The notes beneath the pieces were generated by a model. It did no database searches. It was given only the letters and a program-made list of their open reading frames with translations, and was not told where the DNA came from. DNA of 64,000 nucleotides from Paramecium tetraurelia (taxonomy: Eukaryota): NCBI GenBank assembly GCA_000165425.1, contig CT867985.1, positions 186,001 through 250,000 on the forward strand. The letters run 5' to 3'. How positions within the stretch are numbered: position 1 is the stretch's first letter; each line of letters begins with the position of its first letter. The translations under genes and the position numbers were made by a program. Positions 39,492-54,301 of this stretch are shown here, piece after piece.

Positions 39492-41576
39492 TCATAAATT
39501 TTATAATTATTATAATCTAGTATTTGATATCGATCGCAATTTACGGTTCATTGGCGAAGTCCTCAACTTTGACAATCTTATCTCACTGCTCATAACAGCA
39601 GGAATTCGAGTAGTTTTTGTAAAAATATTATAAGTTTATTTAGCATTTTCTAATTCAACCTGCATTTACCTTATTCTATCATTAAGACTTTTTGCAATAT
39701 CCCATTAAATTTATAATTCTTTCGATAACTTATCACATTATATTTTATATTACTAAATAGATTATTTTTGCTCTTTAGATTCATTTCTTAATTCTTAATT
39801 ATTTTTTAACAATTATGAATACTATTAGTTTAGTTGCTCATTTTAACTTGTTTATAAATTTAATTATGAAATTATATCATTTAGTTTTTATTAATGTATT
39901 TTTTCTAACTATTCGACCTATTATTTTTAGGCTATCTGAAGGTTATTGATATTGGCTTCAGCTAAAGTTTTATCTTTAGATTATTACTCTTTATTTTATT
40001 ATAGTTATTCTGATAAATAAATTATTATTTATTCCTTTTCTTATATCTATTTATTTAATAGTTCTATTTTTTGTTAAAGTTCCTTCAATTCGCACTTAAA
40101 TTTATCAACTTCATATGAGAGTTGTTATTATAAAAGATTAATTTTATAAGAATGTTCTGATAACATTTTTTCTCTTTGATTTTCGTATTCCTATTGCATT
40201 TTATTGAACTATAGTTTACATTCATATTGTGTTTCTTTTACTTTTTGTTCAATTTATTATATTAGACTTTATTAAAGCTTTTAAAATTTAACTTATAAAT
40301 CAGCATTTTATTAACTTTTTTCTAAGATTATACCTTATTGTCTTTTAATCTCTTGTTCCAAGCCTTTAACATATTAGATCTACACTTCGTCATCATATTG
40401 TTGAGAAAACTCTTTAGTTAGTTATTCTTACGATTCTCCTTCGATAGTTACAGGATTTCCGAGAATATTTTCATATTTTACTTTTTGAATCAAGATTTGC
40501 TAAGTAAAATTAGACTATTAATTAATTATGTATATGTCCTTGTATTCTATTTCTCTTTTTAATTATGCAATATGAGAATTAGATTGGTTAATTTCAAGGT
40601 TATGTTTCTGCAAAAGTGCTTAATTTTAATCTTATAATTGTTGAATCTGCTCTTTTAATCTTTATTGGCGCTTTTCTTCAATTAGTATTTTATTTTACAA
40701 TTGATTAATCAATTCTTATTGTTCCTATAATTGCTTATTTTCTTTTGCTTTATTTTTTCTTTCACTTGCCAGTTCTTCAATATACGATTTAATTTTTTGG
40801 TTTTATTAATCTAATTACTTTTCAAAATTATCCCTTTGCTATTTAAGCTACTTAATTTATTGCACTTATTTTTGATACTTCTCTTAGAATTATTAATTTT
40901 CCAAATAATATTTTTTATATTTTTGTTCTATTAAACTAATTTAATTATCTAATTCTTCCTTGAAAAACTTTCGATCTTTCTCATGATTATGCATTACAGC
41001 TTAGGTTTCAAACTAATGTTGTTATTTAATTTAAATAATTTCATTATCTAATTATGCAACTCTTTGTATTAATTGCTACTAGTGTTACTTCATTAATTCT
41101 TCTCCATGTAGAATTTAGTCTTATAACTTAGACTTATTTATTTCTATTTAATTCTATAAATCTTTCACTTATTAATTTAATGTAACTATTACATTATCTT
41201 TATCAATTATTTATTATTATTTTTTTTCAGATATTATGTTAATATCATTTAATGTTTGGATTTTCATTTGTTCTTCATCTTCCTTTAGTCTTTCTAATTG
41301 GGCCTCTAAAATTTTTGTATTATTTTTCAAAGTGTTGATTTGATTTTTCCACCTCTCTATATTTTATTAGATAATTAGAAACACATTAGACATATCAGTA
41401 ATTGATGCATTTTACTTCAAATCTTGATCAAGCTCATTGATTAAAATATCTAAATTATCTTCTACCAAAAATTTCATCTTATGGACCTTATCTTTTAGGA
41501 TTGAATTTTCCTTAACTAAACCAGATCCATCCAAATTCTTTTTGACAAAGCTATATGATCTAATTCTTTAAGTCAT
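39492..41576 (-). CDS. Coiled-coil, Gln/Glu/Lys-rich hypothetical protein
   Basis: Start MTQRIRSYSFVKKNLDGSGLVKENSILKDKV. Long Q/E/K-rich heptad-like frame. Confidence 0.75.
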
Positions 41577-42113
41577 TAAAATATAATTAATATAAAAATA
41601 CTCATTAATATAATTTGTGAAACTCTTAACTTACATATCATCTACTATGACTTATTACAAATACACTTATAATATCATATCTCCTAGACTTCTGAATTAA
41701 TCAGTGTTGAATTTTCGCTTAATGGACTTATTTTAAAATTAACGAATAAACAAACTCTATTTATATTAAAAGGCTCACTTGGAATTATATAATTAATAAT
41801 TAAGTTAATTAAGCAATTTAAGAGAGAAAATAATTTATATTTTTCTAAATATTGATTGATCCAACAACTCTAAAAAATAGAGAATATAATAAATTAGAAT
41901 TTACCCGTATACAATTGCTTTCATTTTGCAATCCTATCTATTAATAGTTTAAGTATAATGATATTGGGATTTTATTTCTATGAATGAAATAATGTGTTTA
42001 TAATACCATAAGAATTAATAAGTCTACAAAAAATCTTTTACTTCTTTTAGGTACAATGAGATTGGGTTTCTCATAAATTATAAATAGAAATAATTGTATT
42101 TTATAAATTGATA

Positions 42114-43447
42114 TCAATTTTATTTTATTGAAGTCATTTTAAATGCTCTTTACAAACTAAATCCATCTTAGTAAAATTTATATGCGTCAATCAAACGATT
42201 GCTTAGGTCAAATAATACATTATCATCCTAACCCAAATAAGAATCTATCAAATGCAAGTGATCTTTTTCAGAATCAATCACACTTCTATAATCATTCTCA
42301 ATTATTAGTAACAAACTTAATTCTTATCCTAGCATAGAGAGTATCTTCTAATAGAATCCTTTTTCATGAGGGATACAATATTCACGAGTCAGCAAAACAT
42401 CAATATACTAACTAATAAATAATATACTTATTACTGAATCTGTTGATCAATTTTCTTTAGAGCCCACTTAGCATATCTTGGAAGAGAGGCAGTCCAAATT
42501 ATAACATAATAATATTTATGCATTTGTTATAAAAACTATTATGATCCGTTTCTGATCATCAGTCTGTTGGATGCTTAATCAAAATGCACTAATGTTTCAT
42601 CTAAATCAACAATTAAAATTGGTTAACTTAATTTTGCATTAATGAATGGATGAGAAGCAGTAAGTAATTACCTTGGCAGTACTTTTATTATTTCCAGATT
42701 TCTAGCTTCATGCAACCACAATGCAAAATATCTTCTAATGATTTTCAAATTGAGTTTATATTATTATGTCTAATTACATTTTCTATTTATCATCCAAATT
42801 GTACTATTTCCTTATTGAAATTTTTCAGATTGAACATCTATATTTACGTATTCAATAATATTGTTCATTTGTATTAATGATTAAACATCTTATAATTGCT
42901 TTTTATTAAATTTGCCTTTTGAAAACAATTCTTATAAGCATAATTAATAATTCTGTACAAATTAAGAAAATAATTAGTTAAATAATTGATCCTATTGTAA
43001 TTCATAACCTAGGGTTATTAGGATTTTCTCCTAGTAACATAGATCCAATATTTGTTTTTGTAATTGCTAGAATTGCAGGAATAACAATTTCTTAAAAAGT
43101 TCTTGGTATAAATCATAGATATCCCCATTTTTTTGAATAAAGTCCCATATTGAAGCAAAAAACTAATTCCAATTATTGGGTTTTACATTTTATTATTAAT
43201 ACAATTTGAAATGATTAAGTATAATTGACACATCCTGCCCATCAGAATTTACTTGATTCTTTTTTATTTAAGGCAAGAAACTTTTGTAATTTTTAATTAT
43301 CTAATTTGAACTATGGCTGTCTATTTAATCTACAAAGACACTTTTTCTTCTCTTGGCTTATTCATAATACGATTTCTCCTATTTTAGGGATTTATTTCTT
43401 TTCCTCTGAGTATCAAGAGAACTTTAAATTGAATTTAACTAATTCAT
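42114..43447 (-). CDS. CTD small phosphatase-like (NIF/FCP1 HAD) protein
   Basis: LIVDLDETLVHF, IIWTASLPRYA, LTREYC and DDNVLFDL. Confidence 0.88.
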
Positions 43448-43657
43448 AATTAATTATATTTGATAATATATTTTTGATTACAACATTGTAAAAGCGTGAA
43501 TAAATATATTTGTATGTTGAATAGTTTACGATTCAATTTGAATTAATATCAAATAATGATTGAGAAAATTAAAGCAATTGTTTTTTAAATAAAAGAGTAT
43601 GTGAAATATCCAATAATTAATTATTTGTTTTGTTGTCTAATTTTAGGTTTCAAGATT

Positions 43658-45730
43658 ATGTAAACAGAATTTGAAGCATAAACCCCAAACTCGATTAGAA
43701 TGTCAGATATATCAATGTCTGATAGCAAGATTGATGACTTTCGTTAAGTAGGAAGAATAGAAAGTGACAACGATTTTGCCTCTTATTTTGCGTTGACAAG
43801 AATTACCAAAAAAATATAGGGTAGGTATTAAATGAATTTAAGACTCCTTCATACAAAGTAATGATCCTAAAGCATAATCTATAAAAGCAACTTACTCTTC
43901 CCTTAAATTGATAAGAAAGTTATTTGTGACAATCTATGTATTAATGACCATCTTTCAGAAGCCTATTTGGTGCAATCCAAGATAATATTCCGTATATTAT
44001 CAATTATAATTAGGTTGATTGTTAATATGAACTGGAATAAGGATATCAAATACCAGCATTCTTAACATTTTACATACCTGTATTACCCTATTATTTGATT
44101 GAAATATTTTTGATAGTTTCTATGATGATGTTCAAGGCTGCAAAATACTACTCATTTCACTCTATTACAACTGAAAGAAAGATCGTAGCTTATTGCTTTG
44201 TATTTATTGGAATTATCATAATCATAAATGACATTATTGTAATGATATTTGATAATGATTATTCATACAATATTTCCACTTTACTCAAGCCAATCTTCTT
44301 GATTTTCTACAGGTACTTATTCTTTTTAATATAATTTCAGTCAGTACTTTCTTGGGATTATAATGGATTACGCATTAATTATTTACAGAGGAAAGGAGAT
44401 ATACTTTATGATGATATTCTCCTATGTCTTTTTTGTTGGTTTAGGGACTGCCATCTTTAGAAATTAATCAGAGATAAGCGATATTACTCAAGAAGAAGGA
44501 ATTTGCAATTCATCTGGTCTACCTTTTAGTCAAAAGAACTACTGCACATTTCTTATTATGTTTTAATTATAAACTACCGTAAATTCACCAGATATTTATT
44601 TACCATATTATGGAGATAGAAGTGTAGCCGTTATTTACTTTATTGCCTATTAATTCGTCAATACAATCTTAATGATTAATCTTATTCTTTCATTGTTCTA
44701 TTCATAATATAAGAAATTAGTAGAAGAACGAACGAAATCCCTTCTTGATTAACATAGAAATAAATTACAACAGTTTTAGAATAAAGTACTTCGAAAGAAA
44801 AAATAGAATTCAATTGCTAATCTCATAAAGTAATAACAATAATAAGCAAATACGAATTCTTAATTTCTAATTCAAAGAATATTGGATCATTGGATTTTTA
44901 AGTCTATTATGTAAATTCTTTGTATTGCTGATTTTTGTTTTATCTTCTAGGATAACACCGACAGAGACATATAAATTGTGAATATTTCATTAAATACTGT
45001 AATGCTTATCGAAACCATAATTATTGCTATTTTAAGAGGTCTGAACAACATTAATAAATATCCAGCTGTGATATTTGATTTTACTATCTCTTTGGTTTTG
45101 GTTACACTAATAATTGCAATTATGGCTGTTTAATAAGACAGTTTCTCCTAGGATATTTTAATCAAGGTTTGTTGTTCTATAATGAGTCTCAGATTGTTCA
45201 GAGGATGCAGTTGGCTATTAAAATCTAAGAATTTTGTAAATATCCTACTCAAGATATCAGCTATATCTACTTATCTATTGTAACTTTTTGGAACTTTAAT
45301 AGTAACAATAACTATATTTAATTCAATTGGGTAATTAATATTTGGAGGGAAGATTAATTATAATCAATAACATCTCTCTAACTACTAATGGGTTAATTTC
45401 AATGATTTTTTATCTGGATTTTGTACTTGTTGGTTTTTATTAATTGTAAACAATTGGAATGTGATGTCATACGATTTTTCATTAAGTCTATAAAGTGATT
45501 TTATTTACTTATTTTTTATCTTCTACTACATCATAGTTGTTTTATTAGCTTAAAGCGTGACAATTGCTTTGCTAATTGAATACTTAGTTAATCATGTAAA
45601 GGATTTGAGTTCTTCAGCGGAGGAGGACACGAAGTCGGAAATCTCTATTGAAGAGAACTTTCAAAATGAATTACATGTTCCCTTATAATAGAACTTTAAG
45701 GCTTAATGAAATGATAATATTATTGTCTGA
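43658..45730 (+). CDS. Two-pore channel (TPC)-like cation channel
   Basis: Two TM repeats. Pore 1 reads FQLQTTVNSPDIYLPYY and pore 2 reads NFNDFLSGFCTCWFLLIVNNWNVM. Confidence 0.85.
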
Positions 45731-47080
45731 TCAATAATAAATTATATAATAAGATACCCTTTTCTTTTTATTAAGTTGCTTCTAAAATTTATTCTTCTGT
45801 TTGTTTAATTGGAGGTTTATTTATAATTAATATTTATTTTTATGGATTTTTAAGTAAATGAGAAAATATTGGTTAAATAATTCAAATGTCAAACTAAAGC
45901 CCGTTCATAAGAAATGTGATAAAAGTAGAATATAGAAATTGAATATAAAAATAAAATTAGATTTGTCCAGCTAAGCTAGTGTGCTTTGGTTATATATTAT
46001 TGATCTTTTTTGGCCCAAAATAAATAATTTCTTTTTTAATGTAAAATTATTTATCTTTTTTCGATCCAAATATTTTTGTTCATAATTGTTAAATAATGGA
46101 TTTTGTAAAGAACCCTGAAAGCGTGCCCTTATGATCAGTTTACAAAAATATAAAGCATGAAATAAATAAGATAACAAAATTACAGTTCTAAAAAGCAAGG
46201 ATTCCTTAATAGAATTTAATTAATTTTTGATGAAAGTTAATTAATTTAAATTTAAGAAATCAAGCTTAAGCTATGATATTGTTTAACAAGCTTGAACTTA
46301 CTCTATATATAAATTTAGGTATGATTCTAAGAATTTGAATCTTGCTAAACATCAATTTTCTATTTTTAGTACTGAATGAACCATTTACGTTAAGATCATA
46401 AAGAAATTGGATTAAGAGAATTAATTAAATTTATATGAAAATAATTAGATTTTCATAGATTTTGTATTAATTTTTATAATTATAAAGTTAATTGAGGATA
46501 AGTCTTGAATAATATGTAGATTGTAATAAATTTTTACTAAGGTTGTTTATAATGAATAGGCCATTAATAAATATGCAAAGTATATTATAATATAAAGAGA
46601 GTATTAGTTTGAATGAGTGAGTCAATTTAGCTGGAACTCTAAGAAGTTCATAAAGAATTTAGGTAGCATGTTTATGGAAAAGGCATTAAATTACGAACAG
46701 AAGCTGAGTTGCAAAATTAAGAATATTGGACGAAAACTTCTTAATTGTAAGTAATTAAGAACTCAACAAAATACAAGATTGGATTGAGTTCTTGTGGAAT
46801 AATTTAATACCTTTTTAATTTTTAATTCAGAAGCATGGCGAAAATAGTAACATTTTATTATTATATAGACATTGAACAATTATATCCAGCATATAAATGT
46901 TTGAAATTTTGTTATTATATTAAAGGGATTCTATTGATAAGATGATAGGAAAATTGTCGTTTGCTTATGGAAATAGTTTAGAATTCTAATTAATGTGATG
47001 CTCATATTTGTATCTTAACAATGTTTGAAAAATATATTAATTTTTGATTTGTCTTTGGGCAAAGGAGTTTGGATCACGAA

Positions 47081-49039
47081 ATGAAGCCACATCAATAACT
47101 TAATACAGATGAAGATGAAATGCTTCCTGATGAGCCTTGGAAAGATTACATTGATCAATTCAAAGACTTCAAGTAGAAGGCAGGCCATAAAACCGAATAA
47201 GATGACTAGCTATTGATAAAACTTGAATAAAACATCAATCAGATTGGTAAGGGTCCTAAGCCTAATCCTGATAAAGCCTAATTCATCCACAAAACGAAAT
47301 GTCTTTTGTTGAGAGTTAAGAAGGATTTACATTTATTTTTTGCAGAGGAGCATGAATTGAATCTCCAATGCATCACAATTATGTTAATTCAAATATTAGA
47401 GGATTATCCATATATCTTTAATGAATTACAACAATAGATACTGGAGATGCTTACTTGTCTGACACTAAAGGATTATACTTTGATCCTATTGATCAATTCG
47501 ATAAGTCTAAAGGAGTATATTAAGAAATTAACAAAGGAAATATTCTTGGATTCAACACAATACAACCCAACAAGTGAAATTCTTTTTCTATTAATTGTGA
47601 TGATGATTGCCCATTTTGATTTTATCAAGAATCCAGAATTAGAGATGGTGTAATTGGTAGTGAAATGTTTTCAGCATTATCAGGATCAAAGAGATAAAAC
47701 ATTGAAGGAACGGGAAGCCTATGACTAGAGAAAAAAGTTCGAAAAAAAGATAGTTAGAAAGCAAGGACTGGATAAAGAGCCATAAGAACTTCCTCCTGAA
47801 TTGAAATACATGTAGGTTCCACCAGAAACTTGTAAAATATTGAAATTAGGTTTATCACTCATTCCGAATAACATTTGTTAAATGCCTTCATCTTATAAAT
47901 ATTAATAGTCTGAGGAGATCATGAAAGAAACATCTCTTAATGTCTTTTTTTGTACATTAAGTTTCAAGATTAAATAAACACTAGTGTAAACGATAAAAGA
48001 AAATAAAAGAGATTTTGATGTAGTCTAGATGTTAGTGGACATCGCTGGAATGCCAGAATGCTTTACACAATAAAGAGAGGCTTTGAGAACTGTTAATATG
48101 TTCTTAGAAGGATTTGATGACACTTTGTTATGGATTAAGTTTGATTCCACCAATCTATTCGACAATAGCAACTTAAATAATATATTGATCTTCGGAGACC
48201 CCACTAAATTGACTATAGATCAAGGATTATTTTATGATGGTTGTGGGTGTTATTTTGATAAGGATTAAGTGCTTCAATTGGAAGATCCTTTGAAAATCAA
48301 TAAAAAACAGATCTCAGTGGTCTTTTGGATGGTCATGTTTAATCCTGAAACTAGTAAGACGAGAGGTGCTTCAAATAATTACTAAATACGTACATTGCTG
48401 GGTTCTAGTGATGGATTTACTTCCTTGATTATTTCAGATGCCTACTCCTAATTATTGGGGATCACCAATGTTGGTCCAGATGGATATGGATACAAGTTTT
48501 TTGAACCTAAGAATTCTGAAAAGAACCTTTCTGGATGGAATCATGTTGTGATCATCTTAGATAATGAATAACAATCAGCATTTCTATATTTGAATGGCAA
48601 TTATGAAAGTCAAATAAATAAAGTGACTACTTAATTTGATATTTAATTTATTGGTAATAGTGCATCATTGGATTAACCGATTGGTTATATCTGCGATTTG
48701 CGTATCTATCCTAGAATTTTAAATGAAACAGAAATTAAAACATTGTCATACTACGATAAAAAATAGGTTATGCTTAATAGTAAGTCAGACATTGTAGATT
48801 AAATTCTGAGTAATAAAGTTATTGTAGATCTTAAAAGATTATTAGGCTATTTCACAGGTAAGAACTCTGAAGCGTTGATCTAGGCTCTTTAAATTCTATC
48901 TAAGTTATGTTAAGCCACCACTATCTTTCGACTGGAGTGTGCCAAGTATGGAATCTTTGATTTGGCTATGCAACTCTTACCTTCCCCTAATTAACAAATA
49001 TCATATTATGCTGGATAATTAATTAATAATATGAAATGA
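47081..49039 (+). CDS. Hypothetical protein: helical (ARM-like) region plus ConA/LamG-like domain
   Basis: Apparently intronless frame with ISVVFWM, GWNHVVII..FLYLNG and IGN..GYICDLRIYPRILNETEI. Confidence 0.75.
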
Positions 49040-49869
49040 AAATAAATAATTAATTTCCAATAATTTTAATTATAAGAATATTCTTAAATATATTAAGGAA
49101 AAAATAACAACTTTGTCTGTTAAAGATGATCAATAAGCCCAATTTAACTGCATTTGATATAACCCACTTAAAGAATTAGTAATTAAGCATATGACATGGC
49201 AATTAAATGAAAAATCCACATGTTTTAAATTCTAATGGCCTCATTAAATAAATTGCTGATAATGAAAAGCATTAGCAAATACTCAGTTGAATTGTCTTAA
49301 GACAAAAGGAATGAGTCTAATGTGTTCAAGCATATTATTGTACATAACTGATAATATAATTTAGTGAGTCTAAAAAATGAGCCTATTCTTAATCTAAATT
49401 ATTTCTAAAAAGAAACTATATAACAAATAACTTTTATCATCAAAAACAAAGAAGTCAATGAACATATATTAGAATAGAAAAATAACAATTACAAAAACTA
49501 ATTTGAGTTAAGCACCCAATTTTAAATGATTAGCCTGATCTCTGATTTATATTAAAAATATAAAATTTGAAACAGTTAGAATAATAATTGAATATTGTTA
49601 ATAAAGATTATGGATAACACATTTAAAATAATAAAAAAAACTAATTTACATGTCTAGAATTATCAAATATTTATGAATATAACTTCATTTAATATAGGTT
49701 TAATTAAATAGATGATTATTTATATATATATAATTTCCCAATATTTGAGTCTAGTCAATGATTATTGATTGATAATATATGAAGTGAAGATTCTGTTTTA
49801 GATTACGCGATTAATTTGAATTAGTTAATAAATCTATATTAATAATAAATTATTAATTATATTATTAAA

Positions 49870-50659
49870 ATGATGAATGAAGATAATATGTAGAATTTAT
49901 TGAACAAAAAACAAACTTTTGAATCTAAATATGAAGTATGAGTGCGAATTAAATAGGAAATTGTAGCATTAACTTTACGAATCAATTAATTGTAAGACTC
50001 GGTACAGAGAAATCTTGATTTGGATGATGAGCATATGACATTAATCTAATTATAGAGGGATCAATCGTATTTATAGATTATGAGTAATTTAGAAAGAAAC
50101 TCCTAGATTCAATACAAACAATGATTAATGAGCTTGAGAGAGGAGCCAAGGGTTTTGAATAGAAAAAATAAGTTAAGAATGCAAAATAGTAGTTGGCAAA
50201 ATAGAAAGATCGATACTAACAACTATCAAAAGAATTAAATAAGTTGTCATTTACTCAGATTGAACATACCCAAAATAAAAGTCAACAATAGAATCAGATT
50301 TCTGAATAATAAGAGCAACAATTTACACATGAATCTTTAGATTTGGAATCACAAATGATCTAAGAAAGACAAGAAGACATAAATCATATTTAGAATCAGT
50401 CAATGACATTATAAAAAATAATGAATGAGTTGGGATTGAAAGTAAATGATTAGGGTAGGTAAAGTGTGTAATTTAAGATTAGTAGCTTGATTTAGTTGTG
50501 CATGATCTCCAACAAACAAAATCAAATGTAGAACATGCTAATTAAGAGATAAAGGAAGCAGCCAACAGTTAAAAATAGTCGAGATCAAAATATTATATTA
50601 TGTTATTTATTGCATCGATGTTATTGCTTGGAACATTGGGTGCACTATTAATTTCTTGA
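49870..50659 (+). CDS. Syntaxin-family SNARE (Stx7/12-like)
   Basis: SNARE motif IQERQEDINHI..IMNELGLKVNDQG..NVEHANQEIKEA and C-terminal TM YYIMLFIASMLLLGTLGALLIS. Confidence 0.85.
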
Positions 50660-50690
50660 TTCATAAATATATAAATAATATTTAATAAAT

Positions 50691-52972
50691 TCAAGGTAGC
50701 AATTGCTCTTTAATTTTCTGCCTTCTAATCAAATAGAAAATTCCCATCCCCAAAACACCAAGAATGAAAAACCCTATAAAAGTCCACAAGATAACATTTA
50801 AGGCCTTACTGCTGCTGTCCTAACGGTCCTAAACACACCAAAAGTAATCCACAACTTCTTGAGTGACTAGATCCAATTATTCAAAATAGATATGAGTGGA
50901 ATTGTGAATAGTCATAATACCAATTCCATCATTATATCCAGTCTGATATACAGTGTATGGTTGGCTTTCATCTAAAAATTAATAGTTAAATCATAACATA
51001 CATGGAACCAATGGTGTATAATACTCCTGACCAGCAGAACCTTCAACTACATAGATGGGAGCAGCGGAGTTCTTCACTAGATGTTATTCTGGTCCATCAG
51101 TGATTAATCCAGTATTCACCTATGATTAATTATTAATGAATGGGGCATCTCGCTCATAATTATGTTGATGAGCTGACATATAAATAGCCACTCTGTATTT
51201 GGTGAATAAATCAGCGAATGGCCTTAAAGCTATAAAATTTTGGGAACACTAATTATCACTAGAGTCACTACAATACATGGGGAAATGACTATTAACTATT
51301 ATCCAAGGTACTTTCTCTCTATTCTGATTGGCTTAATTTAAATCATTCTCCATAATCTAAACCATTTCATCTATTTATTGCTGGTTACTATCATCATAAA
51401 CAATATTGGTTGGATTGTAAAAAATGTAATGAACCAAACCCAAGTCTACACTATAGAAGTTATAATAGTTCTTTCTTGTATTGTATTAAGATTTATCAGG
51501 GGAGAGGAAGGACATCCTATAGAAATCGAATTCATAGTTTGCTCCTGAATCATGATTGCCAGGAGTCGATAATAATGGGTAATACGATGTAAATGTAGTC
51601 ATGTTTCTTAACCACCAATCACCCTATTAACAGTCTTGGGATTCGAGATCATATGCCATGTCTCCCTCGAATATTAATGCATCATAAACACTTTGATTGT
51701 ATTGGATTGATTAAAACCAATCGAAGGTTTGTTTAGATTTGTTACCTGTCCAATTTGAATCCATATCTCCAAAGAAAATGATCTTGTGTTCTTTGTTGTC
51801 ATATTATTTTAAAGGCACCTTGAATTGATACTTACTGCTTTTGGTTTAGATGTCTCCATATATTTCATAATAATAGATCTGACCCAACCTTTAAATTGTT
51901 TAAGAATTCAAAGATACTATATTTATATAAGTCACATAAGTGAATTATTAACTTGAATTCTCATAAATCTTACTCATATTCAAAATTCTAGTCTCTCTTA
52001 TTTTAATCCATGAATCAATTCCATTATCGTCAAAAATATGCAAGAATCCCTGTGGACAATAGGACTATTAAACATATCATTGTAAATTTACCTATGTATT
52101 ATAGGTAATGTCAATTATGTCATCCTCTTTATTGTAATTTGTATAATAATATCCTAAACTAATTCTTTGTCCATATGGGATACAATTATCACCTAAATTT
52201 GTTGAAACCAAAAAAGATTTATTAACGAATTCATTTTAGATCAGTTCATCGTTTTAATAGTGTTAGAATTAAAGAACACTTGAATTGTGGATTTGGAATT
52301 CAATTTTAAAGTTTCTTTTAAATGGATTACTTTTTAAAAATGTTACATGTTAATTTTCAGATGTCGATATGAAAGTATCATATTGCAAATGTGATAATTA
52401 GAATTGACAACTCTAATCTCCAAACATTACTATCCAGAAATCTTGTTTGTTGCTTAAATGATCTAGTATTCTCTTGATATTGCATTCATTTATAAAAATT
52501 AAGGCTATTGACTCAATCTTAAAGCTCATTACATCGAGTTCTTCAATCTATAGATTTAGCAGTGAGTTCCCATTTAATATGTAAGAATTCCCGTATTGAT
52601 TTAGTAGTTTGAATGGTTATTTACCATTTCTAGTGGGCAATCTCAAAATTAGAGACTTCAATCCCAATGTGATATTATAATCTGTATTAATTTAGAGTGA
52701 ATAATTCTAATAGATCTGGGTTGTATACACAAAATAACGATTCTCTAGTAATTCTGATTGAAATTTTAATCTCATTCTTTTTACCTGAACAAAAGTATTG
52801 CATTCTTCCTAAATTAATCAATTGCTAATACATAGGACTTATATTGAAGTATAGCCATAATCTAACCCTCTTAATTTGAGTAATAATCACCAAGTATGAT
52901 TTATTCATCAAATGTATTGCAATTCTTACTTAGAACTAGATGAATATTTGCAACCACAAAGATCAGAATCAT
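50691..52972 (-). CDS. Purple acid phosphatase-like metallophosphoesterase with signal peptide and C-terminal TM
   Basis: FFGDMD, GDMAYD, PGNHD, VNSH and SAHQHNYER. C-terminus FIGFFILGVLGMGIFYLIRRQKIKEQLLP. An alternative ATG lies at 53020. Confidence 0.88.
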
Positions 52973-53033
52973 TAATTTTATGAATTTATTTATATATGAA
53001 ATATCAACACACAAACACATTATTCTAATACAA

Positions 53034-54007
53034 TCATCGATTTAAATACTTCTTCGCTGTCTCAAATGCATAAAACCCTATAGCATTAGCATAAAATGCT
53101 CTAAAAATACAAACTGAATATCCTTTAAATAGGCATCTCCAACCATTTTTGCCTACCTATTCAACCAAGCAACTATAAAATCCTCCATCCAAAAAATGTG
53201 GTTTATACTTTCTAGTCTTACCAATACCTGTATCACACTGCAAGATAGTCTTTATAATCTTTTAAGATAGACTTTCTAATTACATCTTAAGGATATCCAA
53301 TAGTCCAACAAGCAATGCCTCCCAAACCTCCAGATATTAACATATCTAAGTTGCTTGCCTCCTTCTACTTTTTTACAGATATTAGAGCGTCCTTCACTAC
53401 ATCATAAACAACAAATAAAGCTGCATATCCTAGAATTTCTCTTTAACAAGTAACATTCATCCCTCGATACAAATAAGATATGCCCTCCTTTCTTGCAATC
53501 TAAAATCACTAAGAATTAACCTATATCATGCAATCCACTGGATTCTTCCACATTTTATTCACATTTTAAACTTGCATCTATAATCTGCATTTAGCCAATT
53601 CAACAGGACAGGATATAAATGAAGCAGCTAATCCAGAAAGTCCTCCTGCTATCATGCTATTATTCAATATTACTATTTACTTACTTTTAATAACAAGTTA
53701 ATGATTATTTACTGTCACCCACAAAGAATCTCTTCCAAAACTCGTGATTTGAAAATACAGTTGCCTAGAGAATCGGAACAGAAATAAAAGGAAAGAGCAT
53801 TCCCTTATAAAACGAAAATATCCCTTCATTTTTCATAATAGATGTGATTGTTTTTATAATTCCATCATGTGACATTTACATTCTCACCTTGATTGTATCC
53901 ATTGGATGACTAGACAGTATATTACACATTCCACTAAAAGACCCAGCCAAAATATCTAACCCAATTTATCTTCTGTTTTCATAAGCCCATTCTAAAAAAT
54001 CACTCAT
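53034..54007 (-). CDS. Mitochondrial carrier (SLC25, carnitine/ornithine-carrier-like)
   Basis: Three PxDxxKxxxQ signatures (HPMDTIKVRMQ, CPVELAKCRLQ, YPQDVIRKSILK), plus FYKGMLFP and REILG. Confidence 0.92.
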
Positions 54008-54301
54008 TAGATATTTTATTTAATGATAATTAACTAATGTCATAAATATTTTAGCCTTTATTTAAATTTTAGTTGAAGTCATACCTACTCTGGTTTGTCT
54101 CTATTCATCAAGATTGCTTATATCTCAAAAACTTAAGCATTATATAAATATTGTCAATATAGAATATGTTCAAAATACATTATTTACTTAGAATAGAAAT
54201 CTTAAGATTTAGTGAATTTAATAGTCCATATTAACATGAAATTACAATTAATTTCCTATTTAAACTAATTCAAAATGGATTTAATATCAAATAATAAATT
54301 A

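Noticed and set aside
39492..41576. Dense TAA/TTA runs suggesting microsatellites or pseudogene stops
   Set aside because: They are Gln codons in a coiled-coil protein.
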